From the human T2T-CHM13v2.0 reference genome, Homo sapiens, in NCBI RefSeq assembly GCF_009914755.1, contig NC_060929.1: 64,000 nt of DNA; one strand, given 5' to 3'. Positions 42,757-59,231 of the stretch are shown here, piece after piece. The notes beneath the pieces were generated by a model. It was given only the letters and a program-made list of their open reading frames with translations, was not told the origin of the DNA and made no database searches. How positions within the stretch are numbered: position 1 is the stretch's first letter; each line of letters begins with the position of its first letter. The position numbers and the translations under genes are program-made.

Positions 42757-43624
42757 CATGAGAAGAACTAGAGGGGGATTTAACCCTGAGGATGCAAAGC
42801 TGAAGAGATTGTTAACATGTTTAGTTCCTAAATCAAGCTGTTCCTGAAACCAGAGCAACTCCAAAATCTTTTTGTTTAACTCACTCTGGGAAGTACTTTC
42901 TATTTTTCATAACTGATAGCAATCTGATACTGTACTTTTAAGCATTTACTTCACTGGATTATAAGCTGCCAAAGGTGGGAGTACCATCTTCTTGTGTGCC
43001 TAATGGTACAGAATAAGCATTAAGTATAAATATTAAGCTGAATGGAAAATTGGTGTGGTTTTTTCGTTTTGTTTTTAACAAATGTTTCTGGCTATATAAA
43101 CTGCTGCCCAAACCGAAGAACAGTGCAGAACTGTTAGGCTGAGTGAGCAACACCAGCCTTAAGGGATTATTTAACTTCTGTGGTTTGCACATGGGTTTCC
43201 CATCATAGACTCTCAGATGATGAAATATTTTTGGTTCCATAATTTCCAACAGTGCAATATATACTTACAGATATAAAAAGTAGTTTAGATTAAATATTTT
43301 CATCAATAAATTCATTTTTAAAACTCATTAAACTTTGTTATTAAATAACTGTCATATATATCCAAATTGCTAAAATGCCTGAAATCTCAAAAACCTATTG
43401 AAAAGAGATCTTTTTTGTTTGAATTGCAGTATTATTCACCAAAGTTACTTCTATTAACCTGCACTTTATTTCTTTTTTGTTAAATCACACAAAGTGATGT
43501 TAATTAGCAAAAAAAGAAATCAGTAATGTCTGTATTATAATTTCAGGGAGATAAAGCTGTTAAATATTTTAAAACTAGCTTTATGGCTTAAAACTAGTGT
43601 TAGGGATAAGAAAACAACTATAAT

Positions 43625-44680
43625 CAGTCCTCATTATTTATGGATTCCATATTTATGAATTTGCCTAATTGCTAAAACTTCCTTGCAACCCCCAAGTCAA
43701 TACTTGAAGCGCTTTTGCAGGTATTCACAGACATGCACATGCATAGACTGGTGAGAGATTTCAGTTACCCAAAGCATTCATTCTAAGCTGAGGTCAAACA
43801 AGGTGATGCTCTGCCTTCTTGTTTTAGCTCTCATACTGTAAATGTAAGCTAGTGTCCTTTTCATGGTGTGCATAGTGCCAGGATTTTTGCATTTTTGTGC
43901 TTTTTATTGGTGATTTCACTGTTTAAATAAGCCCCCAGACACAGTGCTGAAGTGCTGGCTAGTGTTCCTAAGCACAAGAAGACTGTGATGTGCCTTATGG
44001 AGAAAATACATGTGTTCGATAAGCTTCATTTAGGCATGAGTTATACACAAGTGCTATTGGCTGTGAGTTTAGTGTTAATGAATCAACAATATATACTAAA
44101 TAAGGTATCTTTATTAAAAAAATTTTTTTTTCAACTTTTATTTTAGGTTCGGGGGTACATGTGCAGCTTTGTCACATGGGTAAATTGCATGCCACTGGGG
44201 TTTGGTGTACAAATGATTTCATCACCCAGGTAGTAAGCATACACCTGATAGGTAGTTTTTCGATTCTCACCCTCCACCCTCAATTAGGCCCTGGTGTCTA
44301 TCATTCCCCTCTTTGTGTGCATGTGTACTCAATGTTTAGCTCCCACTTATAAGTGAGAACATGCAGTATTTGATTTTCTGTTCCTGTGTTAATTTGCTCA
44401 GGATAATGGCCTCTAACTGCATCCATGTTGCTGCAAAGACATTATTTCATCTATTTTATGGCTGCATAGTATTCCATGGTGCAAATGTAAAAATAAAGTA
44501 TCTTTAAATAGAATCACACATAAAATAAGGTTCTGTATTTGGTAGGCTGATGAAAATATTATGACCAGAGACTCATAGGAACCTAACTGTGTATTTCCCC
44601 TAGGAGCAATATTCATTAATTCAGCGTTCAAGGTGACTTTATAGAACATAATTACCACAAATAAAAATAATTGATTGTAT
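43625..44680 (+). mobile_element. MER82 (Tigger family) DNA transposon split by an L1 fragment
   Basis: TCCTCATTATTTATGGATTCC...GCTGAGGTCAAACAAGG...GTGCCTTATGGAGAAAATAC; resumes after the L1 with GGAACCTAAC..TGTATTTCCCCTAGGAGCAAT. Confidence 0.75.
44122..44484 (-). mobile_element. Short older L1PA 3' end inserted in MER82
   Basis: CAACTTTTATTTTAGGTTCGGGGGTACATGTGCAG...CATAGTATTCCATGGTG; TSD AAATAA(G/A)GTATCTTTA near 44098 / 44491. Confidence 0.85.
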
Positions 44681-44892
44681 TTCTAAATGATACATTTTTA
44701 AACACCATATTATAACCTATACTTCATTTTTTTCAATGTAGGGGCCAGATGACCATTAAATACATCAATTTACTCTTTGCTAATTGGGAGATAATAAGGT
44801 ATCTGGGTAGAAAACTGAGTTGCTGCTGTTGTGCTGATAGAAAAATTGAAGAGCAGGTCTGAAGAAAGCTTATTCCATTGCCTTTCCTTTCA

Positions 44893-45192
<300 letters not shown>

Positions 45193-45521
45193 TCAAGTCC
45201 AGGAGTGTTGGAAAGACCTATAAATTTGGCAAGTCTCTCTGATGCCTCAACATTCATTGTATTCCGAACGAAACAGAATTTAGAATAGAAAAAAATCCCT
45301 TGTTATGAATTAGCTGTATGCCTAATCACTTGGTTTCTGAAAGTAAACTGCATGGGTTTGTTAATTTGAATATAAAATTTCATCTGCAGATTTTGCCGGC
45401 ATCTTGATGATCCCCTAAAATATGGAGGTTTCCTGAGATGGCTTTTATTCTCATGGATAGCTTATTATACTGGCAAGCATTCAACAATACCTAGCCACTG
45501 CCATGGTAAAGAAAACAATGA

Positions 45522-45835
<314 letters not shown>

Positions 45836-45940
45836 ACAATGGGTAAGCAGCTAAGCAGCATAAGTCCCCAGGTAAAGGTTCAGACTATCCCTTATGAGAC
45901 CTATGCTTCTCCACTGTGAGACATAAGAAAACACAAAGCT

Positions 45941-46250
<310 letters not shown>

Positions 46251-49200
46251 TTACTTACAGGAACTATAGGAGAGAATCAGGCTGAATTACCTTGTCAGAA
46301 AAAAAAATCTACTCAACTCCTTAAGAAGTGTTTCAAAAGGAGATCATCATAACTTTTGGAAACCTCATACACAAATGTACTTGTGTTTCTACTGGACATA
46401 TTCCAGTAAGAACAGCTTGGTGATCGCAGCATCTCAAACACTAGGCTTTGAAGCTTCCTCATCCTGCTACTTTGCTCAACATAAGACATAAGTCCTCTGT
46501 GATGCTACAGTCATTCTGTTTAATCCTAGTTATTCTACTGAGTCTCCAGTTTTGTCCTGAAAACTGTAAATATTATAATTTCACTTTAAAAACACATGTG
46601 CACTATTGGCTTCATCATTTATCAGTATTTCTAGGATGAATTAATTCCTGAGATCATCATTTTTAAACTTTGCTTTACTGTATCTCTGCAACTTCATCTA
46701 TCACTTTCCCCTCCCTTGCCTTGGCAAGTTGCAACTGCAAAGTTTCTCTTTCTGTTCTTTGTATACCCAATATCATTTCTTCCTCGTTTTGTACTTGCTT
46801 TACTTCTGCATGAAAAGCTCTGAAGTAGCTTCTCCTCACTTGGCCTGGGCCTCATGTAATCTCCTTGGAGGTTTAGTGACTAACTTACCAATGTTAGTCA
46901 GCCCAACACTCCCCACCCTCACATCTTGCTGTAGTTTTCTTTTGCCCTTTACTATCAAAAATTATTTATGTCCCCTCCACTACAATGCAAGTTCTATAAG
47001 AACAGGTACTTGTTCAACCCTGTATCTCCAAGTACCCACAATTAACCTGGCACATAATAGGCACTCAAATATTTATTTGTATGTTAAAAGTATTGAAGTG
47101 AGCTTTTCTCACCTTCTTTAATCTCACCTCTACCCCTGATTAGATACTCAGTATGTACAGCAGTCACTATTTGGGCCTATTCTATATAATAACTAAAGAT
47201 CAGTGCTCCTCAGGGTACCCACAAAATTTTGGGTTGGGGTACTGCAACTGGTTCTAACTCCTTCACCACCACCTCAAATCTTGCCCTCCTCTGCTTCACA
47301 GAGCATTACTATATTAATTAAATGCTAATCTTCACTAGAGACAAGGCTCCTCAGTGTGAGATTAGCCTTAAACTCATTTCAAACAGAATGATACGACTTT
47401 AGAGAAAACCACCAACCCATATCATGCTAGAATAAAGACCACAGAACAAAAAGACTGGATACTGATCCATGAAAACAATGATTATTCCCTTATTCTTCAG
47501 CCCTTACTCTTCCACTTCTACTTGGATCTCTCTGCCAACTAAATGATCCTGATAAATGCATAAAAAAGGAATATGATGAGAATTTTACAAGGATCTGCTA
47601 TCCAGTTGTTCCAAGGTAAAAAGTAGATCTAAACAATTTCATAACATTCTGTGCTACTCTCAACGAAGTGTTAATCACTGGTACATACATATTTTTATAG
47701 ATTCAGCAGAATGAACAATTTTCCAATAGGTAAATGTAGTTAGAGACATACCTTCTAAACACAGCTTTGTCTACACAGGCTATAAAAATGGGGAGGAGGT
47801 ACAGAATTGTTAGCCATGTTTACTCTAGGTAGAAACTTATACATCATGGGATGTGGAAAGTCTCTATGCTAATGGTGACACACCCTTCTAAGAGAAAGAA
47901 AATTAAAAATTAGCTTTATTAAAGGCAGAAGAATTAACTTCATTAAAGAAAAATTAGTTTTATTAAAGGTCCCTGGAAATGAGGAGGATTAGGCCATCTG
48001 TGGTGGTGATCTGACTACGACCAGGGCAGTGAACTGCAGCTACATGCTTCTGGTGAAGGGATTTAAGATTTATTGACGTCTGGTTGATAAGAAAAGGAAA
48101 ACATTGCTTTTACCTGGCTGAGTTGAGACTGAAGTATTAAGGCTTTTTTAAAAACTTCAAATTCACAAAGGAAATCTGCTTCAGTTTTTCCAACATGACA
48201 AAACACAGCATGTGGTCTTGGTTGCACCCAAGACAAATAAAACCTGTCATAGTAAGCAGAGTTGCTATTCATTCCAGATTTGCTGGAGGATTTGTTCAAC
48301 CAATCTACAGAGCTAAGTAAAGTCTTCAGTGATGCTACAACCATTCTGTTTGTAACTAGTTCTCTTTTCCACTGTTATTCTCCATTTCTAGTTTTTTACA
48401 CATTTTAAATTGCTTAAACATGGCACATCTATTTACTGAGAAATGCATCCATATTATGCAATTTTACTACCTGCATATTCTTCAAATACTCTAAGGTATA
48501 TGCATTTTGTTAAATTAACTTATTTCTTTGGAAGCACTGTATTATAAAATTATATTAGAGCCTGATAGAAAAAGCTCCCTATACCTCTTCTAGGCAGATA
48601 GTATGCTAAAATTCCTTAATTTCTAACATTTACTTAATCCTAGAAAGAAAAAAATAAAATGAAAAATGATACACTTCAATGGGAACTCTATAATATTCTT
48701 CTTAGAACATTTTACTAACTCTGTAAACCCTAACACCATTGCTGTCAATGTCACATTCACTGAATCATGCCTTCTTGAAGTAAAATTTTAATATGGGCTA
48801 CTCTGTCAATGTGACATTTTCATTAGTTCTATTATTTTTGAACAGTATCTCAGCACTATAAAAAATATCCTGAAACATGGTCTCTGCCTGTTAGCTCATG
48901 ACTGTGAGAGGACAACACTTTTTTGATTATGTCATTGAATTTAGTCATGAAATATGTGTCCTTACTACACACACAGACATGATTTTATCCTTCATATTTT
49001 GTTATATGCCTCTATGATATGAGCAAAAAGAGCTGTGTTCACAATACCAAAGAAGAACAATTGGGTCACCTTTGTCACAGACTTAAAAAAAAAAAAGCAA
49101 AAAACATAAGATTGGATTTAGAATGTGCTTAAAACAAATTCCACAGCCTAACAATAAAGATGGTGACTCCTGCCGTTTCAAGTCCAGTGCCCCTCGGAGG

Positions 49201-51249
49201 CATGGATCACCCTGAAAGAGAAAGGGAATGCTGGCCTTTCAATAAAACTGAGGCTGATTTCAGTGGTCTTTATGGCAGAGTCAAATACAACATGGGAGCA
49301 GGACTGACTGGACCAATTCAGCCCTCCTTGAAGCAACATAAGAAAAATAACTTTATAGTATTTTCCCTGCAAGGGACTAAAGGGCACACCATTAAGGCAA
49401 CTGATTATAGTACAGAAAGAAGCCAGGGTCGTTTGAGTCTTTATTAAAGATTATTCATTTCTTGCATGAGGAGCTGCCCAGGCTATGGCTGCACATCACT
49501 TGTATGGAGCTCCTGGATTCTTCAAACACTGTGTGTGTCTGATTAGAAGGGACACAACATTATTCTCACTTGAGTAGAGAAACTGCCCTTCACCGACCAG
49601 AATTTTTATTCATACAAAGAATCCTTTGGCACACCAAATTTTCAAGCTCATGTGATCCCTCATCAGCAAGCTGCAGTGTTAGTTCATGTGCAAAATCAAA
49701 AAGTCTACATCAGCCCAGGTACTGCCTTGGTTATTTAACAGATAATGTTGGAGCTTGTTCACAAGAATATAATGTAAATTTAATGCTGAGCTGACATTAA
49801 CTAAATACTATTACTGTAGCTCTCACTGAACCTATATTCCCTAAAGAAGACTCAGGGCTTCTGTTCAGTCATTTGTGCCATGTGAGAAGTTAAGTGCTCT
49901 ATTTCCCATTTATTACTATCTAAGTGTAACATTCCTATTTTTACCCAAATGACTGGAAACATGTACACACAAACACACACACACACCTCTTCTGGGAACA
50001 AAACCATTATTTTAGATTACTGGAAGTTTATGTAATGAGGTGAGGTTGCTCTTAGGGGACACATCTGGGTCACTGGGCTCTACCAATCCAGCGAAACAGG
50101 GACAATTGATGCCTCCCCAGTGTGCCTCTGTGCTTTTGGTCAGTCATTGGTGTCCAAACCTCTCACTCTCCCAAACAAGTGGGAACCTAGCCTGGGATCT
50201 TGGGTTCAAGGGCAAGAGAGAAAATGACTCTCGTGGAGCCAAGAGTGACAAGAAGAGGTGCCATATAGGGACAAAACCAAAACTGAAAATTGAGTAAATA
50301 CTTTGATATGTCAATTCCAAGGGGCTACACAGAGGGAAAATGAAGCTTTGGAACAGAAACAGGGAGTGAGGAGTAGAAGGCCCAACCTGGAGTGCAGCTC
50401 TAACTCACTGGCATAGGTGAGATCAGAGGTGCTTTTCTAGTGTCTCAGCCTTAGCATCCAGGTGGAAGTGTTAAGGAGGTAGAGCCAACTCAAACAAAAT
50501 GTTGCAACAAAGATCCTGAGCTAACCACCCACCTATGGGCCCGGCTATACATGGTGTCACGCTCAGCTTCATTCTGACTACACAGTTTGGACTGCAGATT
50601 TGCTTCCACACAACACATTAAACTATGAATAGGCCTATATTATGGCCCAGCCCTGGGGACTGAGACGCAGCTCCTCATACCACTCCCTCTATGCAGCTTC
50701 TACTTCCAGATTTCAGTGTCAACAGGTTTACCACACAGGGGATGAGAGAAGCCAGCAAAGAATCAGTCTCCAGAAAGGATTGGTCACATGAGTGCCTGGG
50801 ACAAAAACTCTTTATTTCCCTTCAAGTTATTACCATGACAATTTCTAAGTAGCTGGATGTCTCTATTCCACTGTTTGGACTCGATGGGTGCTACATTAAT
50901 TTGTATTCAACACACTGCTCAGTTGAAAACATTCTTTAGCTATTTGAAGTGTGGGCCTTGCCTAAGATGACAATTTCACTGAAGGTATACAGCATTTACA
51001 TATCCTTCACTTAGTAGATGCACATCCCCTTACCCTTCTAGTTCTCAGTAACATTAAGCCATTAATTTTTTTTTTGTATCCTGCCTGCTGTTTAGCTCAT
51101 TTTTTCACCTCTAAATAAAGCTCTCAGATGGACTAATCAACTCCACATGTTTGATACAAGTAACAAGAATAACAAGATGTATTTCAGTTATACAGATTCA
51201 GGAGAAAGGTGTTGAATTCTTAACTAAAACAATAAAGTTTTATGTCAGG

Positions 51250-53060
51250 CTTCACAGTGATTAGTGAATCAATGATATCATTCACTCATTAGTTCCACAA
51301 TGGGGATGGAAAGATGGGTTAAAAATGAATAAGGGTTGATCCCAACCCATGAAAAATCTGGTCAGAAGTTAAGACATGTATATGAGCAGGTAAATTAGAA
51401 ATACAGGAAATACTGTAACAGGGCCATATAATTCAAATGTTATAAGAGAATGGGAAAGAAGAGTACTATAGGCTAAAATTGGAGGTGGCTTCACAAGAGA
51501 AATATCTTAAATCATTTCATTGAGAATTTGGATATGTAGAAAAAAGGGAAAGCTTTCCAAATTCAGGGTTAGACACAAAGGTAATGGAGGTAGGAATGAC
51601 ATGGCTATCTGATGGGGGAAACCTTGAACGGGGTAAAGAGACTTCTGCTGAATAATAGTGGAAAATAAGCTTTGGAAGGTGGACTAGGATAAGCCTGTGG
51701 AGGATTTTAATGGTGGTTAAGCAATGTGTGATGTGTTGTATATGTCTTGGGAACCACTGAAGGGTTCTGAATGAGTGATGTGATAAAATCAGTGTTTTGA
51801 AAGATTAATCTGGCAGCAGCAGGCAGAAAAGACTGTTGAGAAAAGGAGAATGGAGGTGGGAAAGAGAAGTCAGTTATGAAAATCTAGGTGTGGGATGCAT
51901 TATTTATTCAACAATTATCTAATATTTTGCATGTATCAGATACTATTATAGGTGCTGGGGTATGGTGATGAACAAGAAAGTAAGGTACGTTGCCTTCATG
52001 GGGTCCATGTGCTAGTGAAGAGACTCTTTAATGTCAGGCCACTTGAGATGGTGATACATACAGGGGAGAGATAATAGCAGAGTGATGTGATGCTGACTGA
52101 GGCAGGTTCTTTAATTAAGGTATTCTCTGAGCAGGTGTTGTTTGCACTGGAGAGGAAACAGTAAATGCAAAAGCCTGTAAGTGAGGACAAATGATTTATT
52201 GAAAGAAACAGAAAAGATTGTATGGCTTAAGCAGAGTACACCAAGGAAAAGGGGATACAATCAGGAGACGAGATTAACCCACAGTAAGCAGGCATCAGAT
52301 CACGTAGGCCTTGTGGGTTATGTTAAAGAATTGAGATTTTATTCTAAGTACAGTTAGATTTAGAGGAGGGAAATGACATGATCTCATATACATTTTTAAA
52401 AGGAAACTTCAGCTGCTGTGCGAAGAACAGATTGTTGGGGGGCAAGAGTGGAGCAGGGACGCAGGTAGAAGGCTACTGCATTAGTTTGGATGAGACGGGA
52501 TGGTATGGACTAGAACAGAAACAGAGCCAACAGGACTTGCCAATGAATTGGACATGAGGAATTAAAGAAAAGAAAAGAGGGCAGTAAGGTCAATCTCAGT
52601 TTTGGTCCTGAGCCTCTAGGTGGGTGGCAGTGCCTGTTACTAAAATAAGGAAAACTGAGGCAAGAACAGATTGAAGAATATGTCGGACCAAGAGCTCGGT
52701 TAGGGACATGTCAGAACTCACATAGAGAATGACATACACAGGTTTGATACTCAGGAAAAAAATCCGGGTCTAAAGATAAAGACTTGAGTCTCCATCGGTT
52801 TAAGGATTATATTTACAGCTATGAAACTAGGTGAAATCATCTAAAATTGTACAGAAAAAAAAAGAGGGCCCAGGATAGATCTCTGAAGCAATCCAACATT
52901 TAGAGGTTGGATCAAGAGGAACCAGCAAATGAGGCAGACAGAACAGCTGGTGAGGTAGGAGGAAAACCTGAAAAGTGTGTCATCACAGAAGTCAATGAGA
53001 AAGTGTTTCCAGAATGACAGAATTGTCCATTGTCAAGGAGACTGATGAGGGCTTGTCTAG
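51250..53060 (-). mobile_element. Cluster of L2 LINE fragments (probably nested)
   Basis: L2 motifs such as TTTATTCAACAATTATCTAA...GGTGCTGGGGTATGGTGATGAACAAGA, GATTAATCTGGCAGCAG, ACAGGACTTGCCAATGAATTGGA; boundaries approximate. Confidence 0.55.
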
Positions 53061-56000
53061 AACAGGGACAGTGAAACAATCTACCACAAATCAGAAGAGA
53101 TGCATCTAATGTTGCTTCAAAGGAATGAAATCTTTCAACCAATGCCTACTCCTAAAATGAACTACCTTAAGTGGTTCTTACCCAATTTAACATCTTAACT
53201 AAAAGGAGATCTTTCTGGTGAAGATGGAGTGGGAAGGGTGGGAAGAGTGAAGGCAAAAGTTGATTGGGTATCTTAAAAAGAGATGATGAAGGTAAAAATC
53301 TCTGTGTAAGTTATAAAGCAGAATAGAAAAGTAAAGCTTAAGTACTGATTACTAAAAATACTAAAAGTAAGAGATCACTATTAATAATAATGATTCTATT
53401 GACTGAAATGTGCTTTTACTGGCATCAAATGAAACATTTAAATCTCTATTAACAGCAGTCTCAGAAATGCGGAATTGCAAAACTGAAAAAAATTTCAAAT
53501 AGAAATAACTGAAAGTTTTCTCACAAATATTATTTAAACAGGAATTTCTAAGATATGACTGTTTAAATATTCAACATATTTATCTGCACCTAAGGATGTC
53601 ACTAAGCCTAGGTAAGACTGACTAGCAAATACCTTGGCACCAGGTATTGGCTTAAACTTACTCAGCCTTCACAAAATTATGAAGGTACTGAAATTTAGAT
53701 TTTGAGAAATCAAGGTTTCCCCTTGATGGGTTTTAAGCAAAGGCCAGTTCCCTTCCAATTGGTTTTTCCCAATATTTGTTTTTATTTCTCAAACAGGGAA
53801 AAATTCAGTACCATTATTATTTTACCAAGGATATCCTCAATTCATGCACGTCAAAAAAGAAGCCGCCTAGGTAATTGTAAAGGTGGATTTTATTGATAAT
53901 CTTTAAAGACAAAACTTGTTCCAAGTGGTTCTGAGTAAATTGTCTAGAGAGGTCAAAATAAATTTAAACCAACACAGCTCCTACTAACTAATCAGTCAGA
54001 GGAATTAAGCATAAATGGTATAGTTCTTCATTTTGAGCTTTGAAGTTATTCTTCACATAGAGTTTCCGTTGAAATTCAGCATGTTTGACTTCCCTGAGTG
54101 CATTTTTAGGTGAGGATTTCATAAACATAAAACCCAAAGAGGGAGGCAAATCCTCATCTCCTAAAGCCTCAGTTTCAGCCACAATTAAATGGAAATGCTA
54201 CCACTTGTCCCATTCTCTCATTTTAGAAACCCAAAGGAACTGTGCCTGGGGCTTTGGGCCTCAAGCATTCTCCTGATCAGAGAAGGGGAAATCACATGCT
54301 AAACAAATGCCATGGGAATAGTCTATGACTAAATAAGGCCTTGAATAAAAAATCCAAAGTAGTTTTTATCTGTAGGAGCCTAAAATAGCCCCTTAAAGAG
54401 GACTCAAATTCACTTATAGATCCAGGCAGAAGTGTAAAGATACTTGTTCACTGCATACTCTCTTTTCTCACTCTCAATCATAACTGGGAAGTGTTGGTGT
54501 CAAAAGGAACCAAGCTGGAAAATGGGGAAGGTGACACTAAGGCACTCATCTTGCAACTGTCTAAGCATCCAAGATGGAACTCTCCCTACAAAGAAAAAAT
54601 AATGAATTTCTCTTTCTTACTATTAAACACATTTTAAAGATGATTTTAAATGAAAGATCCTCTTCATCCTGGCATTCTCTTTCCCATCCAGAAACACTGC
54701 TGTCTTTGCCTCAGCTGTGGCAAGCTGACAAATGTAAAGTGGAAGGGGAGAGGAGTCTTCAGTATAAGCAAGATTTTGTTTTAGAATATGTAGATCTTAG
54801 CATTCACACTTTCCAGATCATTGCTTTGGAGGAGTCTACTCAGTAATGGGGTTGGTGCACATGACAATGTCAGGGAAGAGTTTCCAAACACTCAGCTAAG
54901 AAAATAAAATAATGATGCCAATCAAGAACAGTAATGTACGCTCACCATATACCCCCTCTAGTTCCCAAGAGTCCAAAGGGAATTCTGGACTAATTCCTGT
55001 TAACACAATGGGGTTTGCACACACTACACCCCTCCCCTCCATCCTCAACTCCAAAGATACTGACTCAGCAACTGGCCTGGAGCCAGAGCAGCATATTCCA
55101 AATTCAGAGTGTGCAACAATGCTCGGTTCAATTATGACATAATGGCTGCAAAGCTGTTCCTGAAAGCCAAGAAAACCTGAATAATGTGGTTGGGTTATAT
55201 CATACATGAGGCCTTAATAGAGTTTAAAAACCAATTTGAAAATTCCTTCATTCCATAAAGATAGCATTAAGATGAGGGCAAAATCATTCTAGTTCAAGGG
55301 ATGGGAAAAAAGTATATAAGGAATTAGGCAGGCTCCTTTCCACATTATCCTTCTTAACCAACATGACCCATTCCCTTTGACGATATCTCTTATACTTAAT
55401 ACTGACCTAGAAAGAAGGCAATTTCATTAAACATCTTAGTCTTATTGTACCCAGCTAGTAATGCAAGTTTCCCTGCTATTTAAAAAGCACATAATCCCAT
55501 TTCCAAAAACAACTGTTTGCAATTCAAAAACCATCCACCCAGGCAATGTCTTCTCTTTGTCCCTAAAATTCCACCCACTTTCAATTTATCTTGTCAAAGA
55601 GATAAAGTTATCTTTGTGCCCCCACAAAACCTAAAAGATGTTTCATTCATTGCTTGCCATTTTGTAGCAAGTGACTTTGGACATTGAGTTGCTAAATCCA
55701 GCATTTCCCTGGACTTGTGATAACAGTAAGACCCAGGCCTGTAGAAATACAGTCTTCAATCTGAATGTTGGGAGCCATCCACTCTTGCTTGACATTAGGC
55801 TGTGGCATCCCTCAGTTATGTGGGATTCTACAATCTTTTGAGTCCTATTCTGTTTTTTAATAGCTATCATTGATAGAATTTTTTTAATGTTTTGGAACTG
55901 GAAGTGACTTTGGAGATTCCCCTTGCTTTATGTATAAGGAAACTAATGCTTAAAGTCTTTCATACTATATTTTTTAGTTCATTTCTCTGTATTTTCTCCT

Positions 56001-57660
56001 GGAACAATGGCATATTTTTATATATAATGAGATCAACACAGAATTTCAGAACTAGAAGGCATCTCCAAGTTCAATCCTCTTTCTTCCCAAAAAATCGCAA
56101 AACACTTTTCATATTAATCCTCAGAGTATACCAATTAACAGACACTTCATTTTGTATAAGGCTTAATTTAAGGATGGAGAGAATGAGGAAAGTCTCAGTT
56201 TCAGACAGTAGAATTCTTTTACCATAAGAATTAGGCTCTGTTCTCTAAATCTAAAAAGATTCACATCCATTTCATTTTTGAACCTGGAGAAATGGCTGAA
56301 TTTACTGAGTTTTCTATTAAATAATAGAATCATTTTTCTTCACTGGATGGAAGGACTATGTGTTTTAAGAAACAAAGAGTTTTAAAAAAATCAAATAATT
56401 CAACGTCATGTCCTTCCCTCCTGACTAAAAATCATTTCCCCATTATTTCATGATTAACATGAAAAAGCACTGGAACAATGAGAGGAAATTCATTTGTTTC
56501 CAGTTGTAACAATGCGATTTCTGCTGCAATCCCATTGGCAACAGAAGGCAGCAGCATATACCACCACTGTCCTATTACAACACAAAAAGCTGTCAACTTT
56601 GAACTCCTTTGAAATGTTGTTAGTAAAGTAGAAAAGACAAGTGTGGATTTCCTTCAATATTATTTGGGCAACCTAGACTTAAAATAGTGACCAGACTTAA
56701 GATAGTGACTCTACAGAGGTCCTCTATCCTTAAGGCAAGACCAAACCAAGATACTGGTGCCCTACATAAGCTAATAATTTGGCACACTTTCAAACAGATA
56801 CTCTTCAAATATTTGCTAAACAGGTGTTTGGGTGAGGCGTTGCATGGCAGGCCTGGAGAAAGTGTGGAGACAGGACTGGTGGAAGCTTTTAGCTTGCATA
56901 TTCTAAACAACAAAGGACCCACAACTGACCAGGCCAGATCTCCTTGGAAGGCAGTTTGAGGAGCATCTAATGTATTCCCAAATACACTCTTCCCTGCTCC
57001 AAGCTGTTTATTAAAGCATTACTTCTGTCTCTAGTAACAACCTGAAAGGAGGTGACTGCTTTATATTCTTTTCAGTATCTTGTTACATTCTCAATGTTTT
57101 ATACTTTTTATAGATCCAACCTCCCTTCAGGGACACTATCTTTTCATTTCTATAGCTTGTACTGAGCATTTGCAATGTGCCAGGTGCTGTGCCATGTATT
57201 AGAAATATAAAAGTGATTAAGATATTGTCACTGCCCTTAAGAAACTCACACCTTGAGCAGGAGAAAGACTCACAAACAAATAACACAATACCACAGTGAT
57301 GAAGGCTACAACAGTAAAAAGGCTGTTACTAGATATTACTGGTGAAATGGTCTGAAATCCTTGGAGATGGATACTTTCTAAAAATAGTAGGTAGGTTCTT
57401 TCAGTTTGCCTCCATATCTAGGAACTTTAACTTTGGTAAGGATTGGAATAAAAAGAGAGTAACATTTTCATGTTTCCTGTTCTCCGTGGCTGTACTGGGA
57501 TGGGAAGTTAGGGATGTGGAATCATGTCTAAGATAAACTTAGCCAAAACTTTTCATTTGCATATTCTTCCCCAAATGATTTTGTCCCTAGAATTTGTTAT
57601 GCAATACTAGGGGAAGGATAGAGGAAGCTCACCTAGTCCCTGCTGTGTAGCTACACATAC

Positions 57661-57762
57661 CTGATCCAGATGATTTCTCCCCTTCGAAATAATTGCAAAC
57701 AAGATTAAAACTGTATTCAGGAAGTATTCCAGCTGGCTTTTGGCTTCCTCTGATGTACAGTC
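57661..57762 (-). other. C5orf63: Probable non-coding exon 2 of C5orf63 (102 nt)
   Basis: Acceptor TTTTTGCTACTGCTTTATTCAAG|G and donor CAG|GTATGT; alternative donor TAG|GTGAGC at 57633; contains no AUG. Confidence 0.55.
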
Positions 57763-59231
57763 CTTGAATAAAGCAGTAGCAAAAATTAGATTTAAATAAG
57801 GAACATAAAAACACCTCGCTACTTGTACCAGATCACCTCAAGGTCCTGCTATGTTTGAAACCCCAAGGCCTAGCATTAGAGTAACTGAATACATCAGCCA
57901 GCTAGAGTATATACAAGTTATGAAATAAAAAAACTTTAATAATAAAAAATAACCTATTTTAAAGGGATTTCTCATAGTGCCTCTGAGTACTTTAGAGCCA
58001 GGCATCTGGAACAAAATAGAAACACAGTCCAATCAACTCCCAAGTTGGAAAAATCCTCATTTCTATTACTTACCTGCCAACAGTCCATCTAAATAAAACC
58101 ACACAGCCACATATTCCTCTGATGAAGGAGACAAAAAAATATTGATCCTTCCTTGGCATGTGGCTACTGCTGCCAGAGCAGGAGGGAAGAAAGACAATCT
58201 GAGGATCCTGCCTGTTTAAAGCACCAGCCCCACCAATCTTAATTTTCACAACAGGGTCTTTCTGGTTCCAGGCAATTCCTCAGCAGAGCAGGACGCAGGT
58301 TATTGGGCTACGATATTTCACACAGAACCATGATTAGTTCTGCTTTGCCCCAGTATTATCATAATTATCCAATATTTCCAGGGTGTATCTTTTTTCCCCG
58401 TGTTTTAAATCTTTCTAATTACCTATAATGCACCCCAATGTATACAGCTCCAAATATTGGTAGAGAGCTTCACATGCATTTTTATAAGCTAGTCCTCAGA
58501 ATATGACCAAATGAGAAGACTGCGACCTCTAATAGACACCTCAACTTGTTCAGCATTGTGCACCAAGGCATAGCTCTAGTGGCTGCTTAAACAAGACAAT
58601 GTATACTAATTCTGGGAAATGCGCTAGAAAGTATTGGGATATAACAGATCTTAGACACCATCTCTGTCCTTGAGGAATTGAGAATCTTGGGGTCAAGCTA
58701 AGGCCATACTATGGATTTTTTTTTTAAGGGCACTAAAATATAAAGTACCACATATACACTATTTATTAATAAACAAGAATAAAGATCACCCAAGCAAAAC
58801 ATTCCCTGTGAAAGACAGCCTTAGAAACAGTCACAAGCCTAACTCACAATGACATTTTAGTGGGGACTTTTCTACCCTTGGACTTATTAAAAAACTGTAT
58901 GAGCTGCTATTTGTCAGAAGTGAATATCTGTTGAGAATGTACAGTTTCTGATTTATTCTCTCATTGTTCAGTACCCAGAGGGCTGCTTTTGCCCAATAAG
59001 GCTGAGAGGAGATCCAGACAGCTCATCCAGAGAGCCCCGGCACTCACAATGTTCCCTGCTGCACCTTTCAACCTTTTCACCCCAATTAAAGGTCAACATG
59101 GCTGCTCAAAAATATTTATTTAAAAAGGCAGTCAGCTCAGCGGGCTCCCAAGTGTGATTACACTACCACTTCATAGAATTCAATTAAACCCGGGACGGGG
59201 CATCGGCGAATCACTGGAGGAGTATGAAGTT